Positions 29,401 to 38,351 of a stretch of DNA of 64,000 nucleotides are shown here, in pieces. This DNA comes from a virus. The notes beneath the pieces are model-generated. The model saw only the letters and a list, made by a program, of their open reading frames with translations. It did no database searches and was not told the DNA's origin. The stretch is taken from positions 21,150 to 85,149 of IMG/VR virus record IMGVR_UViG_3300044467_000006; one strand, written 5' to 3'. Within the stretch, counting starts at the first letter, position 1. Each line of letters begins with the position of its first letter. The position numbers and the translations under genes are program-made.

Positions 29401-32004
29401 TGCATGGAAAGCCTGTGTAGTCACCTTACCCTTAAGAATGTCGAACAAGCTTAGGTTGAGAAAAGGGTAGGCAAAAGGATTAGATGTATGCACAGCGTGG
29501 GGGCTGTCATATTCGTTACGCAAAATACCGTTTTCGTCCAATCTCCAATAACTATACTGATTGCGCTCGCGCGGAGTAAACGCAGACGCCAGTGCGTCCT
29601 GATGGGCCTCCGCAAAAATTTTCTGACGCTCATCTACGTTCCCCATCGCGTTGCTTAGCGCAAAATCTGCAATGCTGGGGGTGAGCTTATTAGCATCCGC
29701 TAGAGATTGAAGGAACTCTTGACTAGGAGAATCTAAGTAGAACTGCATTGCTAGATCGTCATCAAAAAATCTAGAGTTGACGATGTCGTCGTGGCTAAGA
29801 TCATCTCGAAGATCCTTCGCAAGACCCAACCAATGTTCTTTGGTAATGAGAGGGTGATTGAATAGGGTCTTGGACAGTTCGCGGCGGACGAAGGGGTGCT
29901 TGGTGGTCTTGCCTGCCGCCACATGCTCTAGAAGGGCTGTAAACTTGGCAGCCGGGAAGCCCGGAGCGTGAGCCAGCATGGCCAGATACAAGCCCTTCTT
30001 GATATTGCCCCTGAAGGCAGCAGCCGGAACTCCCCCTTCGATCATCTTCTTTACATCACCCAACACCCCTTGTAGTTCTCTGGTGAGATAGCGAGAAGAG
30101 GCGGTGTGCTCGGAAGAGAATTTTTCTAGAGAACCTACTAGATCCTTGGCGTAAGCCAAAACATTGAGTTTTGCTTTGTCAGACAAAGGAACTTCTGGAG
30201 TTACTTTGCTCAGGGCTATCTTTAAAAAACCAGAACGCAAGCTCCCTCTTTCACGAGATTTAAGATAGAAATCGGCGTCCTCAAGCATCGACGGAGCGAT
30301 CTCGTCTGGACGCTCTGTAAACCAACTCATCTTAAGCGAAGGCAGTCTCTGAAGAATATCCTTGCGGGCTGAGCCAACGGCAGTGTCAGCGAAGGAGGAG
30401 TGGGCTTGAATAGCTTGAGAGAGATTGTCGATCCCGTTGGTGAACCACTGCGTATTTGCCCAAGCGGGCAATGCATCGGGACCTACTCTCGCAATAGAAC
30501 TTAAAACTCCCTCGCGCTCCGGGAAAAACATGGGGTCCTCACGCCCCGCTTCATCAGTGAAGGCGGCGTCGAGGATTCCGGGCGTCATCTTAGGATGATT
30601 TAAGATACCGGCATATTGGTGACGGAGGGGTTGCCGGGGGTTGGCTATCAACGCGCGGAGATGTTTGCCCCCGAATCCGGGCAAGTCCATGATGTCCGAA
30701 ATGTAGCTCCAACCCGCTCCGTAAGGAAGCGTTCGAATTGCATCCATGACAGGATCGGTGCCCTCTTCCTCCTCCTTCGCTAGTGGAATACCGATTTCTC
30801 CATCAAGTCTGGCGAATTCGTGAAGCTTAAGAGCATAGCTCGACATAGCGTCATCGAAACTGCCGGGATGCCTAGCGCTAGGATTGGGAGACCTTGGCCG
30901 TGGCTCTTGTGCCCAACTCAAGCCGTACTTGTCGGCAATGCTCTTGTGGACAGCGTCAGCGGATAGGCTATGGTTCCCGCCAGTAAGTAGTTGGGCGTCA
31001 TGGTTGTTCTTACCGTGCGCGATAAGAGCTTCGTAGGCAGCCTGCCCCAGAGCTTGCCCTCTGTGAGCCTTATCTGTACGGGCAAAATTGATGTCGATTG
31101 AACGGTCGTGCTCGTTGAAGAGAGCTTCGACCTTGCTAAGAAACTTGTGTGAAGTCCCGTCGGGCTTGTGCTGATGCACCCAAGCCGCCATGAGGGAAGG
31201 AGTCTCATCGTAACGACGGTGAGTGGTACGCACTTCAAGTTGATAGCCAGCTTCGCGCTGCTCGGGAGTCAAGAGGTGGCCGTAGTCGAAGAAGCGGACG
31301 TGATTCCGCTCTGCACTCTGAGTCTGCGGACCCACAGGGATAGTTTCTAGTCCTTCGCTCTTGCCAAGGCGATACGTATATGGACCGTAGCGGTCATCTA
31401 TAGATTCGGGCTCTTGCTGTTCAGTTCCCCATGACTCTGGCGAATACTGCTTGCCTCCAAAGCCGCCCATTTCGGCAGCATCGGGCTCCACCAAACTCTG
31501 ATTTTCGAGCAGGTTGGGCATTGCTTCGTAACTGAGGTTGTGCTTGTCGGCTAGGTATTGGTGAGCTTTGTGCGCATAAGTAGAATGAGCGCCCCCAACA
31601 ACGTGGGTTGCTCCAAGAGCATTCCTAGCGTGAGACATGACCGCTTCGTAGAGCTTGCGCCCGAAGTACAAACGCTTGCCGTTGTGCTCGCGCGGGGCAC
31701 CTCGGACTTCTGATTGAGCAATACGTAGAAACTTACGCCCGTCCTTCTCGGCGGGAAATACATCGCTCTCAACATAACCCAGACGCTCGCCCCCTTGGTC
31801 ATACAAAGATGCGATAAGCCATCCAGCCTTGTCTTCAGGCTTTTCGCCAATAGTTGGCTGCCAGCGGACGTTGATATAGGCCCCCGGGACAGCTTCGTGA
31901 TGAATGGGGTCCAAAATGTGGGTGTAGTCATGGATACCCTTCCCCCTTTGCGGAGCTTCGGGTCCAACTGGGATATTGGCGAGCGTTTTATGAAGTGGGA
32001 ACAT
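26401..32004 (-). CDS. 1867-aa polyvalent protein: GNAT, GNAT, helical repeats, GWVR/EIQSD domain, GNAT
   Basis: Three GNAT repeats (YFGRKLYEA; HRGQALGQAAYEA; HTGKGLGTPMYES), each followed by G..HS..A...LA.K..L.[YW]; LGWVRY...ISEIQSD. Confidence 0.75.
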   Translation of the reverse strand: MFPLHKTLANIPVGPEAPQRGKGIHDYTHILDPIHHEAVPGAYINVRWQPTIGEKPEDKAGWLIASLYDQGGERLGYVESDVFPAEKDGRKFLRIAQSEVRGAPREHNGKRLYFGRKLYEAVMSHARNALGATHVVGGAHSTYAHKAHQYLADKHNLSYEAMPNLLENQSLVEPDAAEMGGFGGKQYSPESWGTEQQEPESIDDRYGPYTYRLGKSEGLETIPVGPQTQSAERNHVRFFDYGHLLTPEQREAGYQLEVRTTHRRYDETPSLMAAWVHQHKPDGTSHKFLSKVEALFNEHDRSIDINFARTDKAHRGQALGQAAYEALIAHGKNNHDAQLLTGGNHSLSADAVHKSIADKYGLSWAQEPRPRSPNPSARHPGSFDDAMSSYALKLHEFARLDGEIGIPLAKEEEEGTDPVMDAIRTLPYGAGWSYISDIMDLPGFGGKHLRALIANPRQPLRHQYAGILNHPKMTPGILDAAFTDEAGREDPMFFPEREGVLSSIARVGPDALPAWANTQWFTNGIDNLSQAIQAHSSFADTAVGSARKDILQRLPSLKMSWFTERPDEIAPSMLEDADFYLKSRERGSLRSGFLKIALSKVTPEVPLSDKAKLNVLAYAKDLVGSLEKFSSEHTASSRYLTRELQGVLGDVKKMIEGGVPAAAFRGNIKKGLYLAMLAHAPGFPAAKFTALLEHVAAGKTTKHPFVRRELSKTLFNHPLITKEHWLGLAKDLRDDLSHDDIVNSRFFDDDLAMQFYLDSPSQEFLQSLADANKLTPSIADFALSNAMGNVDERQKIFAEAHQDALASAFTPRERNQYSYWRLDENGILRNEYDSPHAVHTSNPFAYPFLNLSLFDILKGKVTTQAFHALLDKHAQCVNYALPEHQANAVFGLNHPRFPWGNIDRYNDRTESDPFYWRDALGLKDKSVDDRLTDYLLQRPPQDPDVGAIVEFVRSVDHGNAVKLLGNSKRHSIIDSILNRSDAKPEWIDYVLSRPEFTSASPSGNPEGFRRDSDWGEESLPQFKAGVQNNLARSPALTPAHISHLMSTAKQVASVFPLMEHPNFTSEHASAILDMKPIVFNRNPALDNEGHYQYDDNGYTIYQVASQGNVPWSKGQHDEALRHLLQSYGSKLAPEHWNKMLNDGHFEVSPVTQATAEAVTSKHIPENVLETIWNKHLAAGNDSELETLSFLNNPKANPAWRDDAIDRGPFDSVFYRELLRGSNLPESTVNKMIEKARAVMPEGNWGEDEHWQGARNTAQQKAHAFYNYLAESPHAPEAWVKDLHSKMAQQDQLLQYYGLDPQWLTEHTAVSLGKAIGELMKESSPNAHYRAKSPHVVVRFGSAIWRKVRDLIDTAGGGRAHVNELPKQLNYDRAREMRDMTPEEIAKIPPKNRPTGPVKKKSDFVSTESVQKYIDSLPVKEFNVGSAKYGGAQQHVRRDADSVFQVNLTDEHVKQMKASGVWATFKKLIRGKKDIHPLDNHTLGWVRYRPVDSNGKVFISEIQSDFRPQDKAGLSWHGATANYKHALEQAKITNGRVNPPQMFYFWKASSLETLSNMPSDHLDKINEIAFGKNVDPHEAILEAFHEHLRQQHGPNIKVRITGHDAAAKLRDLDPAEPPGWLPTTYTAIPAKMGYDMDDDRYFSGTDPHAEENDSGGYGGDLVGKQVHTSIVRKFEELPTYEELAKSIATLPPLENPRVQGGERIYDATHYLTPEHRNAGYRMTLHASNGTFGPSTIANVYHRDRIVGGASLFVDDTPVIRNNETRKYAQIDLANINDEHTGKGLGTPMYESLMASATKHWGATHLRGLIHSSLAHGLWNKLAVKHNLNYEATPNYPSAKYPTEAAWESAPNAPIDGKWGGYDVAVNRS

Positions 32005-33146
32005 TACATCACCCCGGTAAATAATTTCGTTCCGTAGGCCGACCTTACCTTGTTCACGAGAATGTCCTTCTGCTCCTTCAACATCGTAATGCGAGTGTCG
32101 TAGATTTGCGGACCCGGGGTGCTGATGCTCTGACTGATGCCGTCCATGCCGACGCTATGGCTAGAGTTACGAGCGTTGGTGGTAGCCAGCAAACCAAGTA
32201 CATCAATTGCAGCCGTCATGCCGACTAGCTCATTAATGAGAGTAGGAAGCCTGCCATCGGGGAAGCCGCACATGTAGTCACATTGCCAGTAGGCGGGGAT
32301 CCAAGGATTCTGGCCGAGAATCGACAAGAATGCGGAGCCGCCAGCGTTGCCACCCCAACCACTATTGGTAGGAGCCATGAAGCCGCTCGACATAAACGCG
32401 ATAGTCATGGGTACAATGTTGATTTGGCCCGTAGTGATATAAGCAGTTTCGATCCAGTCTGGAGGAACGATGTAAAGATCGGAGCCGTTAGATGCCGTCA
32501 CTGCAAACTTAAGAAGAGAGATAACCGGCTTGTCTGGCAGCATTAGGTAGCCAAGAGAAGCGTACGCCTGCCGATCAAAGGGGAACTTCTTGCGAAAGGT
32601 CTTGGGCATGATGTTGATATGAGTCTCGGCCTCTACGACAGCAACGGCTCGCTTGATGGAGTCTTCTAGGATGGCGTCGGTAAAAACTTGACGCTTCCCC
32701 GTCATAGGGTCAATAGCGTAAGACATTAGCGGAATACCGAAAAGGTGACGCATCTTGAGCAAGGAGGGGTCGATAAGAGGCTCTAGAATGCCCCACGAGT
32801 CAGCCGTGGCTCCGATAGGGTAGACCGCACCAAGCCCGCCTTTTTCACGGAAGTTGTTTTCGGTGAAGTTAGAGGTAGCCGCCAGAGAGGTAGCTTGGAA
32901 GGCGGCAGGAGTAGACTCTTCTGCGGTGTTGTCAATGGCTACAATTACATACCAGTTACCGGCGATACCGCTACTATCAACATAAAAAAACTTGCCAGCC
33001 GCAGAATCAAAAACTAAAGGGTTAGCTAGGTTGTGAATGATAGTAGCCAAGGGAGAAAAGGGGCCGCTCTCAGCTGAAGCTCTCTCGATGCGATACGCAT
33101 AGATGTCGGTGTCGCTACTTGGAAGCCACGAAATTTTGTTACCCAT
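32004..33146 (-). CDS. Head-tail adaptor/connector with N-terminal FN3-like domain
   Basis: HLFGIPL...SIKRAVAVVEAETHINI...PVISL pattern of large-myovirus adaptors; CAATCTT upstream. Confidence 0.6.
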   Translation of the reverse strand: MGNKISWLPSSDTDIYAYRIERASAESGPFSPLATIIHNLANPLVFDSAAGKFFYVDSSGIAGNWYVIVAIDNTAEESTPAAFQATSLAATSNFTENNFREKGGLGAVYPIGATADSWGILEPLIDPSLLKMRHLFGIPLMSYAIDPMTGKRQVFTDAILEDSIKRAVAVVEAETHINIMPKTFRKKFPFDRQAYASLGYLMLPDKPVISLLKFAVTASNGSDLYIVPPDWIETAYITTGQINIVPMTIAFMSSGFMAPTNSGWGGNAGGSAFLSILGQNPWIPAYWQCDYMCGFPDGRLPTLINELVGMTAAIDVLGLLATTNARNSSHSVGMDGISQSISTPGPQIYDTRITMLKEQKDILVNKVRSAYGTKLFTGVM

Positions 33147-33155
33147 GGAAGCCCC

Positions 33156-33752
33156 TTATGGCAATGGTTCTGCCTCTCCTAAGATTGGGGCTGGAGGGAC
33201 GAAGTCCATTAGAGTATCTGTACCTATCACAAATCCATCCGCTACTCTAAAAAATTGGAACTCGGACGAATCAACCGGGACTGCTGCGATTGAAGCGTAC
33301 AAGCTTTCGACGCTGCTTAGGTCTGGATATTCCGAAAGCAGAGTATAGGTGTTCGCGTTCTGGTTAACGACCCAAGAATTGGTAGTGAAATTCCAAAACA
33401 AACCGGTTGCTCCTAGGACCCGAACGGACAAGGCCGCACTTCCAAGTCCCTTGGTGTATCGCAAAGAGTAAAAAGTCCTCTTCCCCACAACCTCTTCCCC
33501 GACAACCTCTCCATCAGAAGAGCGTACGAATTCAATAACCACTGAAGAAAGCGGAGGACTCACGACAACGCCGTAGTTAGATTCTAGGACATCAACATCG
33601 AGCCGCTCAGATAAAAAGGACTGACAGGCTTCGGTTTCCGAGACGCTCCAACCGAGACTTCCCCAATTCCAATAGCGCCCTTGGCCATCGCGGGCACGAG
33701 CGTACAAGCCGGAATCTCCCATTCCTCTACTGTAACGAATCACTAAGAACAT
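33156..33752 (-). CDS. Hypothetical virion-module protein with two internal ~95-aa repeats
   Basis: RY[ST][RK]G[ML]G...G.[YF]WN[WF]....W.V...[FL]LSE..D....ES.Y occurs twice. Confidence 0.6.
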   Translation of the reverse strand: MFLVIRYSRGMGDSGLYARARDGQGRYWNWGSLGWSVSETEACQSFLSERLDVDVLESNYGVVVSPPLSSVVIEFVRSSDGEVVGEEVVGKRTFYSLRYTKGLGSAALSVRVLGATGLFWNFTTNSWVVNQNANTYTLLSEYPDLSSVESLYASIAAVPVDSSEFQFFRVADGFVIGTDTLMDFVPPAPILGEAEPLP

Positions 33753-33783
33753 GCGCCAACCCTCGGATCGCTGCTTTCAATCA

Positions 33784-34260
33784 TTACGGTAGCTCCATGT
33801 AATCCAATAGGGCTTCGGGCGAAGTAACTTCAACCTCAAGTTTCTCTGGATGCGGCGGATACTTACACTTCTTGAGGATGCGGGCCCCGGCTTCAGAACA
33901 AATCAGAGCGGTAGCATTGGAGAGTGGAGCGTGAAGTTTGAGGCGCAGAACTTTGAGCACATTGACGGGGATCTGATAGAGCAACCCAAGGTAGCCATAG
34001 GGACGCCCCACCCAACTCTTAAGGTCGCCTTCCGCTTCGTCTAGGCTCGCCTTAAGGTGCGGGCAGTGGGTTAGCGTCAGTTTGCGATCCCACTTCGCCC
34101 AAGGTGTCTTAGTAAAGCCAGACCACCATGCTTCATAAACATAGGTCACGCCATCCTCGTCGTTTATAATCACGACATGGCTTACTCGACCATTAGTGAA
34201 CCAACGGATGAGCTTGGAAATAGGCCCAGTGTCTCTCGTAAATCCAATGCGAACGTTCAT
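33784..34260 (-). CDS. Permuted papain-like (NlpC/P60, YiiX/YaeF-type) amidase
   Basis: His (SHVVI) precedes Cys (LICSE); GRPYGY. Confidence 0.75.
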   Translation of the reverse strand: MNVRIGFTRDTGPISKLIRWFTNGRVSHVVIINDEDGVTYVYEAWWSGFTKTPWAKWDRKLTLTHCPHLKASLDEAEGDLKSWVGRPYGYLGLLYQIPVNVLKVLRLKLHAPLSNATALICSEAGARILKKCKYPPHPEKLEVEVTSPEALLDYMELP

Positions 34261-34268
34261 GGCCTCTC

Positions 34269-34718
34269 CTATGTTGAGAAGAAATCAGAAGGACTTGGTC
34301 CCATCGAGCCGGTCATTTCGGACGTAGGCATGACGCGGAGAGCACTCTGGACGATGCCACGCTTGACAGTACCTTCGGTCAGTTCCAGTCGGACATTACG
34401 AGTGCCTCTAATGGCATCGGTCGCAAGAACGGTGAACTTCCAAAGGGAACGATCGTCCGCGAAGGGCTGAGAGCATTGCTTTGTCACAACCTTGGAGTTG
34501 TCAAAGGAGTTGTCGAGGTAAACCTTGAGGGATGCTCCAGAAGCCGGAATGTATCTTCGCCCGGGCGGCTTGTAGCCAGCGTGCGGAGGATTCACAGCAA
34601 TGTCACGGAGTTGAAGATATACGTCAACCTGATCGCCTTCCGACATGAAGAACACAGGGTTCTCCTGAAAGGCGTTCACGCTAGCTACGTCAGTAAGGAA
34701 GGAACAGGACAAAATCAT
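34269..34718 (-). CDS. Hypothetical virion-module protein
   Basis: 149 aa, beta-rich; CAATCTT and SD upstream. Confidence 0.55.
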   Translation of the reverse strand: MILSCSFLTDVASVNAFQENPVFFMSEGDQVDVYLQLRDIAVNPPHAGYKPPGRRYIPASGASLKVYLDNSFDNSKVVTKQCSQPFADDRSLWKFTVLATDAIRGTRNVRLELTEGTVKRGIVQSALRVMPTSEMTGSMGPSPSDFFST

Positions 34719-34744
34719 GGCAGTCTCCTCCCCTAAGATTGGTA

Positions 34745-35293
34745 CTACAACGAAGCCAGCCTAGCCCAGCGCTGAATGCGCTTCTCATAGTCCTTGCGGA
34801 ACTCTGGATTGGCGTTGTAATATAGACTATAAGCGTTCTTGTCCTTGGGCCGAAGCTCGATGTAGTGATGAATGATGCGAGCCGAGATATCGAGATTGTA
34901 GCCAACATCGTACTGGAGTCGCTTGGTGTCTAGCTTCCAAGCCTTGACCCAGATAGAGCTAATCTGCCCGAGCCCGTAGTCGCAGTTGCCTTCAAAGCCA
35001 TGACAGACCTTCAGGTTGAGCCTGAAGGAGCTTTCCTGACGAATCAGGGCAGCGAAGATTACCGGGTGAATTCCGTGCTCCTTAGCCTTACCTTCGATTG
35101 TCCGGGCAAGATAGAGTGCATCTGAATCCGAGAGAGCCGGGTTGGTCTTCTTGATAAAATGGGTGATCTTTGGGGCTTCCTCTACGATTGGGGTCAGTAG
35201 TGGACCACGGTAATCCTCAACACCACCGATGCTCCAAACAGGAGTAGCCAGAGCCACCATCGCAATGGCCACGTACTTCAATAGTTTGTTCAT
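34745..35293 (-). CDS. Lytic transglycosylase (SLT domain) with N-terminal signal/TM
   Basis: ALIRQESSF (catalytic Glu) and DYGLGQI; true start MNKLLKYVAIAMVALA at 35293. Confidence 0.85.
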   Translation of the reverse strand: MNKLLKYVAIAMVALATPVWSIGGVEDYRGPLLTPIVEEAPKITHFIKKTNPALSDSDALYLARTIEGKAKEHGIHPVIFAALIRQESSFRLNLKVCHGFEGNCDYGLGQISSIWVKAWKLDTKRLQYDVGYNLDISARIIHHYIELRPKDKNAYSLYYNANPEFRKDYEKRIQRWARLASL

Positions 35294-35727
35294 TATGAGT
35301 TCTCCGTGTCGTACAAGGTAACGGTCAAAGGACCGCCAATGCCAGCGTGAGTAGGCGGGGTGTAAAACAGGTCGATGCCTGAAATTTCCACGTAGTCTAC
35401 CACAAGATCGCTCGGCCTGAGATAAAAATCTCCCCGCGGCACGGCGAACACTGGTGTACCTAGTTGCAGATCGAGCCTCTCTGGGGTCGCGTAATCGAAT
35501 CCGATGAGGGCGACGACCTGTCCATTCGTGACGAACAAGGTTGCAGCGCCGACCTGAACTTCTCCCTCGTACACAGGGACAACCTGACGCTCCAAGGTCA
35601 CGTAATCTGCAACGCCATGGCGTACCCAACTAGCGGCATTGAAATCGAAGAGAACGGCCGAAGCTCGGACAAGCTTGGTCTCTTCTTGAGCTATCACTCG
35701 GAACCCATCGTTTAGTTTTGTCGTCAC
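35293..35727 (-). CDS. Hypothetical protein
   Basis: GTG after AGGAG; coupled to the SLT gene. Confidence 0.55.
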   Translation of the reverse strand: MTTKLNDGFRVIAQEETKLVRASAVLFDFNAASWVRHGVADYVTLERQVVPVYEGEVQVGAATLFVTNGQVVALIGFDYATPERLDLQLGTPVFAVPRGDFYLRPSDLVVDYVEISGIDLFYTPPTHAGIGGPLTVTLYDTENS

Positions 35728-35772
35728 GGTGTCTCCTGATAGGTGATAGCACTACGATTTTACGTCAGCCTC

Positions 35773-35988
35773 TTAAATCCTCTCAGAACGAGAATCGCTG
35801 GAATCCCGGCTAGCTAGCTCCCAGTCCTTGTCGGCCCCCTTGTCGGCCTTGGAGAGCTTCTCACCTAAAAGATCGCCTATAAGGGCATCTACGCACTCTG
35901 GGATGCCATCCTCTGTCTCTTTAGCGATGTACTTAAGGGCGGTTCGGGGGTTTTTAAACTGCTTTGCTGATTCGCAGATATTGCACAT
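35773..35988 (-). CDS. Small hypothetical protein (CxxC)
   Basis: SD AGGAG; 71 aa. Confidence 0.5.
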   Translation of the reverse strand: MCNICESAKQFKNPRTALKYIAKETEDGIPECVDALIGDLLGEKLSKADKGADKDWELASRDSSDSRSERI

Positions 35989-35995
35989 AGGGCTC

Positions 35996-36178
35996 CTAGG
36001 AAAGAACCAAGTCCCAGTGTGGATTGAAGGTCGGGAGAATATGGTTGGACTTGCAAAACGCCTTGGTGAACTTCTTGTAGTCCTCGTCGGACAATTCTGG
36101 AACTACCAAAGCCCGAAACATCTCTGGCTTGGTGTGCTTGTCTGCGTCTTCGATTAGGAGGTCTAGGTCATCTTTCAT
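35996..36178 (-). CDS. Small hypothetical protein
   Basis: SD GGAG; CAATCTT upstream. Confidence 0.5.
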   Translation of the reverse strand: MKDDLDLLIEDADKHTKPEMFRALVVPELSDEDYKKFTKAFCKSNHILPTFNPHWDLVLS

Positions 36179-36194
36179 TGTAGCTCCATGTAGG

Positions 36195-36815
36195 TTAAGA
36201 TTGGGGCGCGGCATACTGCCCGAAAAGGGCGGAACATTCGACGGCTAGGATCTCGCCAATCATCTTGGCCAGAACCCTCATCTTGGGGTGAGCAGCAGGA
36301 GAGGTGCGAAGCTTGAGGAAGTGTAGCCACTCGCGGAAGTTAGTGGTCATCACAAACTCCGTCTTGGTACCAAGAGGTAGGTAATCTCGGGCTTGCTGCG
36401 GCGTCATTTTGAGCTTGATAGCCCGGTTGTAGAGCGCTTCGCAAATCTTGTAGGCACGGATCGAGAAACGAAGCTGCTCCTCTGTCAGATCCAGCGGGTG
36501 GATGAACTGGATATCCCCGCCACCATGCTTCTCCTTGGTGTAGTTGACGTAGCGAGTGGATTCTTGAGAGTACGAAGCTATCCGATGTCTGACAACTTCG
36601 TTCCCGATAGCTCGGTCTGTGATAACGCGGAAAGACGCGGACGCATGCTCAATGACCGAAGCGTGACCTTGATTGATAGCGATGCGCTTTACAAACTCGC
36701 CAGAGTCCTCGGTGGTGGGGTCGCTCTTATAGCAAGTGCGGGCGGCTCGCTCAATCAGATACAGAGGGTCTGGCGTGATCCATTCAAGCTCCACCCTCTG
36801 TTGAATCGCTTTCAT
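36195..36815 (-). CDS. thyX: FAD-dependent thymidylate synthase ThyX
   Basis: GHASVIEHA, RHRIASYSQESTRY, ARDYLP, NFREW..F..LR. Confidence 0.93.
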   Translation of the reverse strand: MKAIQQRVELEWITPDPLYLIERAARTCYKSDPTTEDSGEFVKRIAINQGHASVIEHASASFRVITDRAIGNEVVRHRIASYSQESTRYVNYTKEKHGGGDIQFIHPLDLTEEQLRFSIRAYKICEALYNRAIKLKMTPQQARDYLPLGTKTEFVMTTNFREWLHFLKLRTSPAAHPKMRVLAKMIGEILAVECSALFGQYAAPQS

Positions 36816-36850
36816 GCTGTCTCCTTCTCCAGATATAGCGCAGCAGACGC

Positions 36851-36886
36851 ACAAAAGGAAAGGGCCAGTCTACAACGACTGGCCCT
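36851..36886 (-). terminator. Intrinsic terminator downstream of the major capsid gene
   Basis: Perfect 10-bp stem AGGGCCAGTC/GACTGGCCCT, 6-nt loop, TTCCTTTTG tail on minus. Confidence 0.8.
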
Positions 36887-36916
36887 AACCCATTGAAGGG
36901 ACTCGACTAATTGGAA

Positions 36917-38341
36917 TTAGCCCTTGACGTTATCCACGAGCACATTTTTTCTGGGCTGGGGAACCGTGAGTGTGAGAAAGCGGAAGTGCGCCTCCGGGAT
37001 CGAGAGGTCGGTCACAGCTAGCTTGAGGCGGCTGTAAGGCGATAGCTCACGAACTTCCATCGTGTCTCCTTGGATGAGGTAGCCAGTCACGAAGCCCGGG
37101 ATCTTGGCCCCGGTGTCATCGAACTGAACCACGTTCGCGCTACGATTGACGCGGCCAATCCACTTGGTCGTGGTCCCGCCAACTTCCGAGCGGTACACGT
37201 TGAAGTAGAGCGGTAGTGCGCCACCGCCAGTGGTGATGTCGAAGGTGATACGGTCACCAGCGACAGACGCCACGGTTAGAACTGCGGACGCAACGCTTTC
37301 CCCAAGCTCGTTACACGCGGTAACGATGTAGTTGTAGTTACCCGTGAGCAGCGCGCCAGTTGCAGGGCTTGCGCTGTTACCAAGGGTAGGAGCACCGGGA
37401 ACGCCGGGGCGGGAAGCCTGCGGACGAGTCTTGCCAGAGAGGAAGCGGGACGCTTCAAGCTGGACGGTACCACCAGAAACCCACTGACGACGGAGGTCCG
37501 CGCCAGAGGCATCTTGCGGTGAACCGGCAAGGATGATGCGTTCCTTTTCGAACGCTAGCTTGTTGTATGCAGCGAGCGACCTCGGGTCGAGGATGAGTCG
37601 ATCCGCGTTACCCATGTTCATCGCAGAGCGAACAGCCGCGTCTTCGATGTTGGCTTGGGTTAGGACGCCCGTACCGTGCGAGCCGTAGCCCGGAACGGTG
37701 GTGAGGGAAGCGATGCCGCCACCCTGAATGACAACGGTTTCGTCGGAGCCGTACTCGCCAAACATGAGATCCTTGGCGTTACGCTGCGCATCCGACTGAC
37801 GAACCTGCTCGCCAAGTCCGAGGACGTTGGGAAGCGGGGCGATAGTACCCGGGTTGCCGTCGAACACGCCGATGTTGCTGAAGCCTTCCTTACCACGGAA
37901 GAGGTCGAACTCAACGTCAGCCGAAATCTTCTTGGCTGCCGAAGACGCAGCACGCTCAGAGGCGTCCTTGCCGTCAACGGTGTTGACCATGTTGGCCACT
38001 AGCGTCACGCGACGAACGTGTGAGTAGTAGCACATGGGAACCACGACACGGACGTAGTCGTCCGTGAATTCCTGACCAACAGCGCCTTCGATAACAGCCG
38101 TCCCGCCGAAGCCGCCGTAGCTAAGCTGACGATCAAACTGAACGAGGGTGCTCTTCGCGGGGCTCACCTTAAGCATCTTCTGAAGCTTAATGTGTGAGTC
38201 ATCGAAGGTGACATTGTTCATAACCGGGGAGAGATCCTCGGTCTGTAGAGCGCTGCCTTGGACGAGTGAACCGGGGGCCGCATCATATCCGCCCGCCTCA
38301 AGTGCCTTAACTAGCGACTGTAGTTGTTCCAGTGCGTTCAT
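36917..38341 (-). CDS. Major capsid protein (Herelleviridae-like)
   Basis: LVKALEAGG...GSALQTEDLS N-terminus; FDRQLSYG; C-terminal FN3-like insertion; downstream of protease/scaffold; strong terminator. Confidence 0.88.
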   Translation of the reverse strand: MNALEQLQSLVKALEAGGYDAAPGSLVQGSALQTEDLSPVMNNVTFDDSHIKLQKMLKVSPAKSTLVQFDRQLSYGGFGGTAVIEGAVGQEFTDDYVRVVVPMCYYSHVRRVTLVANMVNTVDGKDASERAASSAAKKISADVEFDLFRGKEGFSNIGVFDGNPGTIAPLPNVLGLGEQVRQSDAQRNAKDLMFGEYGSDETVVIQGGGIASLTTVPGYGSHGTGVLTQANIEDAAVRSAMNMGNADRLILDPRSLAAYNKLAFEKERIILAGSPQDASGADLRRQWVSGGTVQLEASRFLSGKTRPQASRPGVPGAPTLGNSASPATGALLTGNYNYIVTACNELGESVASAVLTVASVAGDRITFDITTGGGALPLYFNVYRSEVGGTTTKWIGRVNRSANVVQFDDTGAKIPGFVTGYLIQGDTMEVRELSPYSRLKLAVTDLSIPEAHFRFLTLTVPQPRKNVLVDNVKG

Positions 38342-38351
38342 TGTATTCTCC

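Noticed and set aside
35294-35629. 112-aa N-terminal extension of the SLT ORF
   Set aside because: Off-frame overlap with 35293..35727; the signal peptide starts at 35293.
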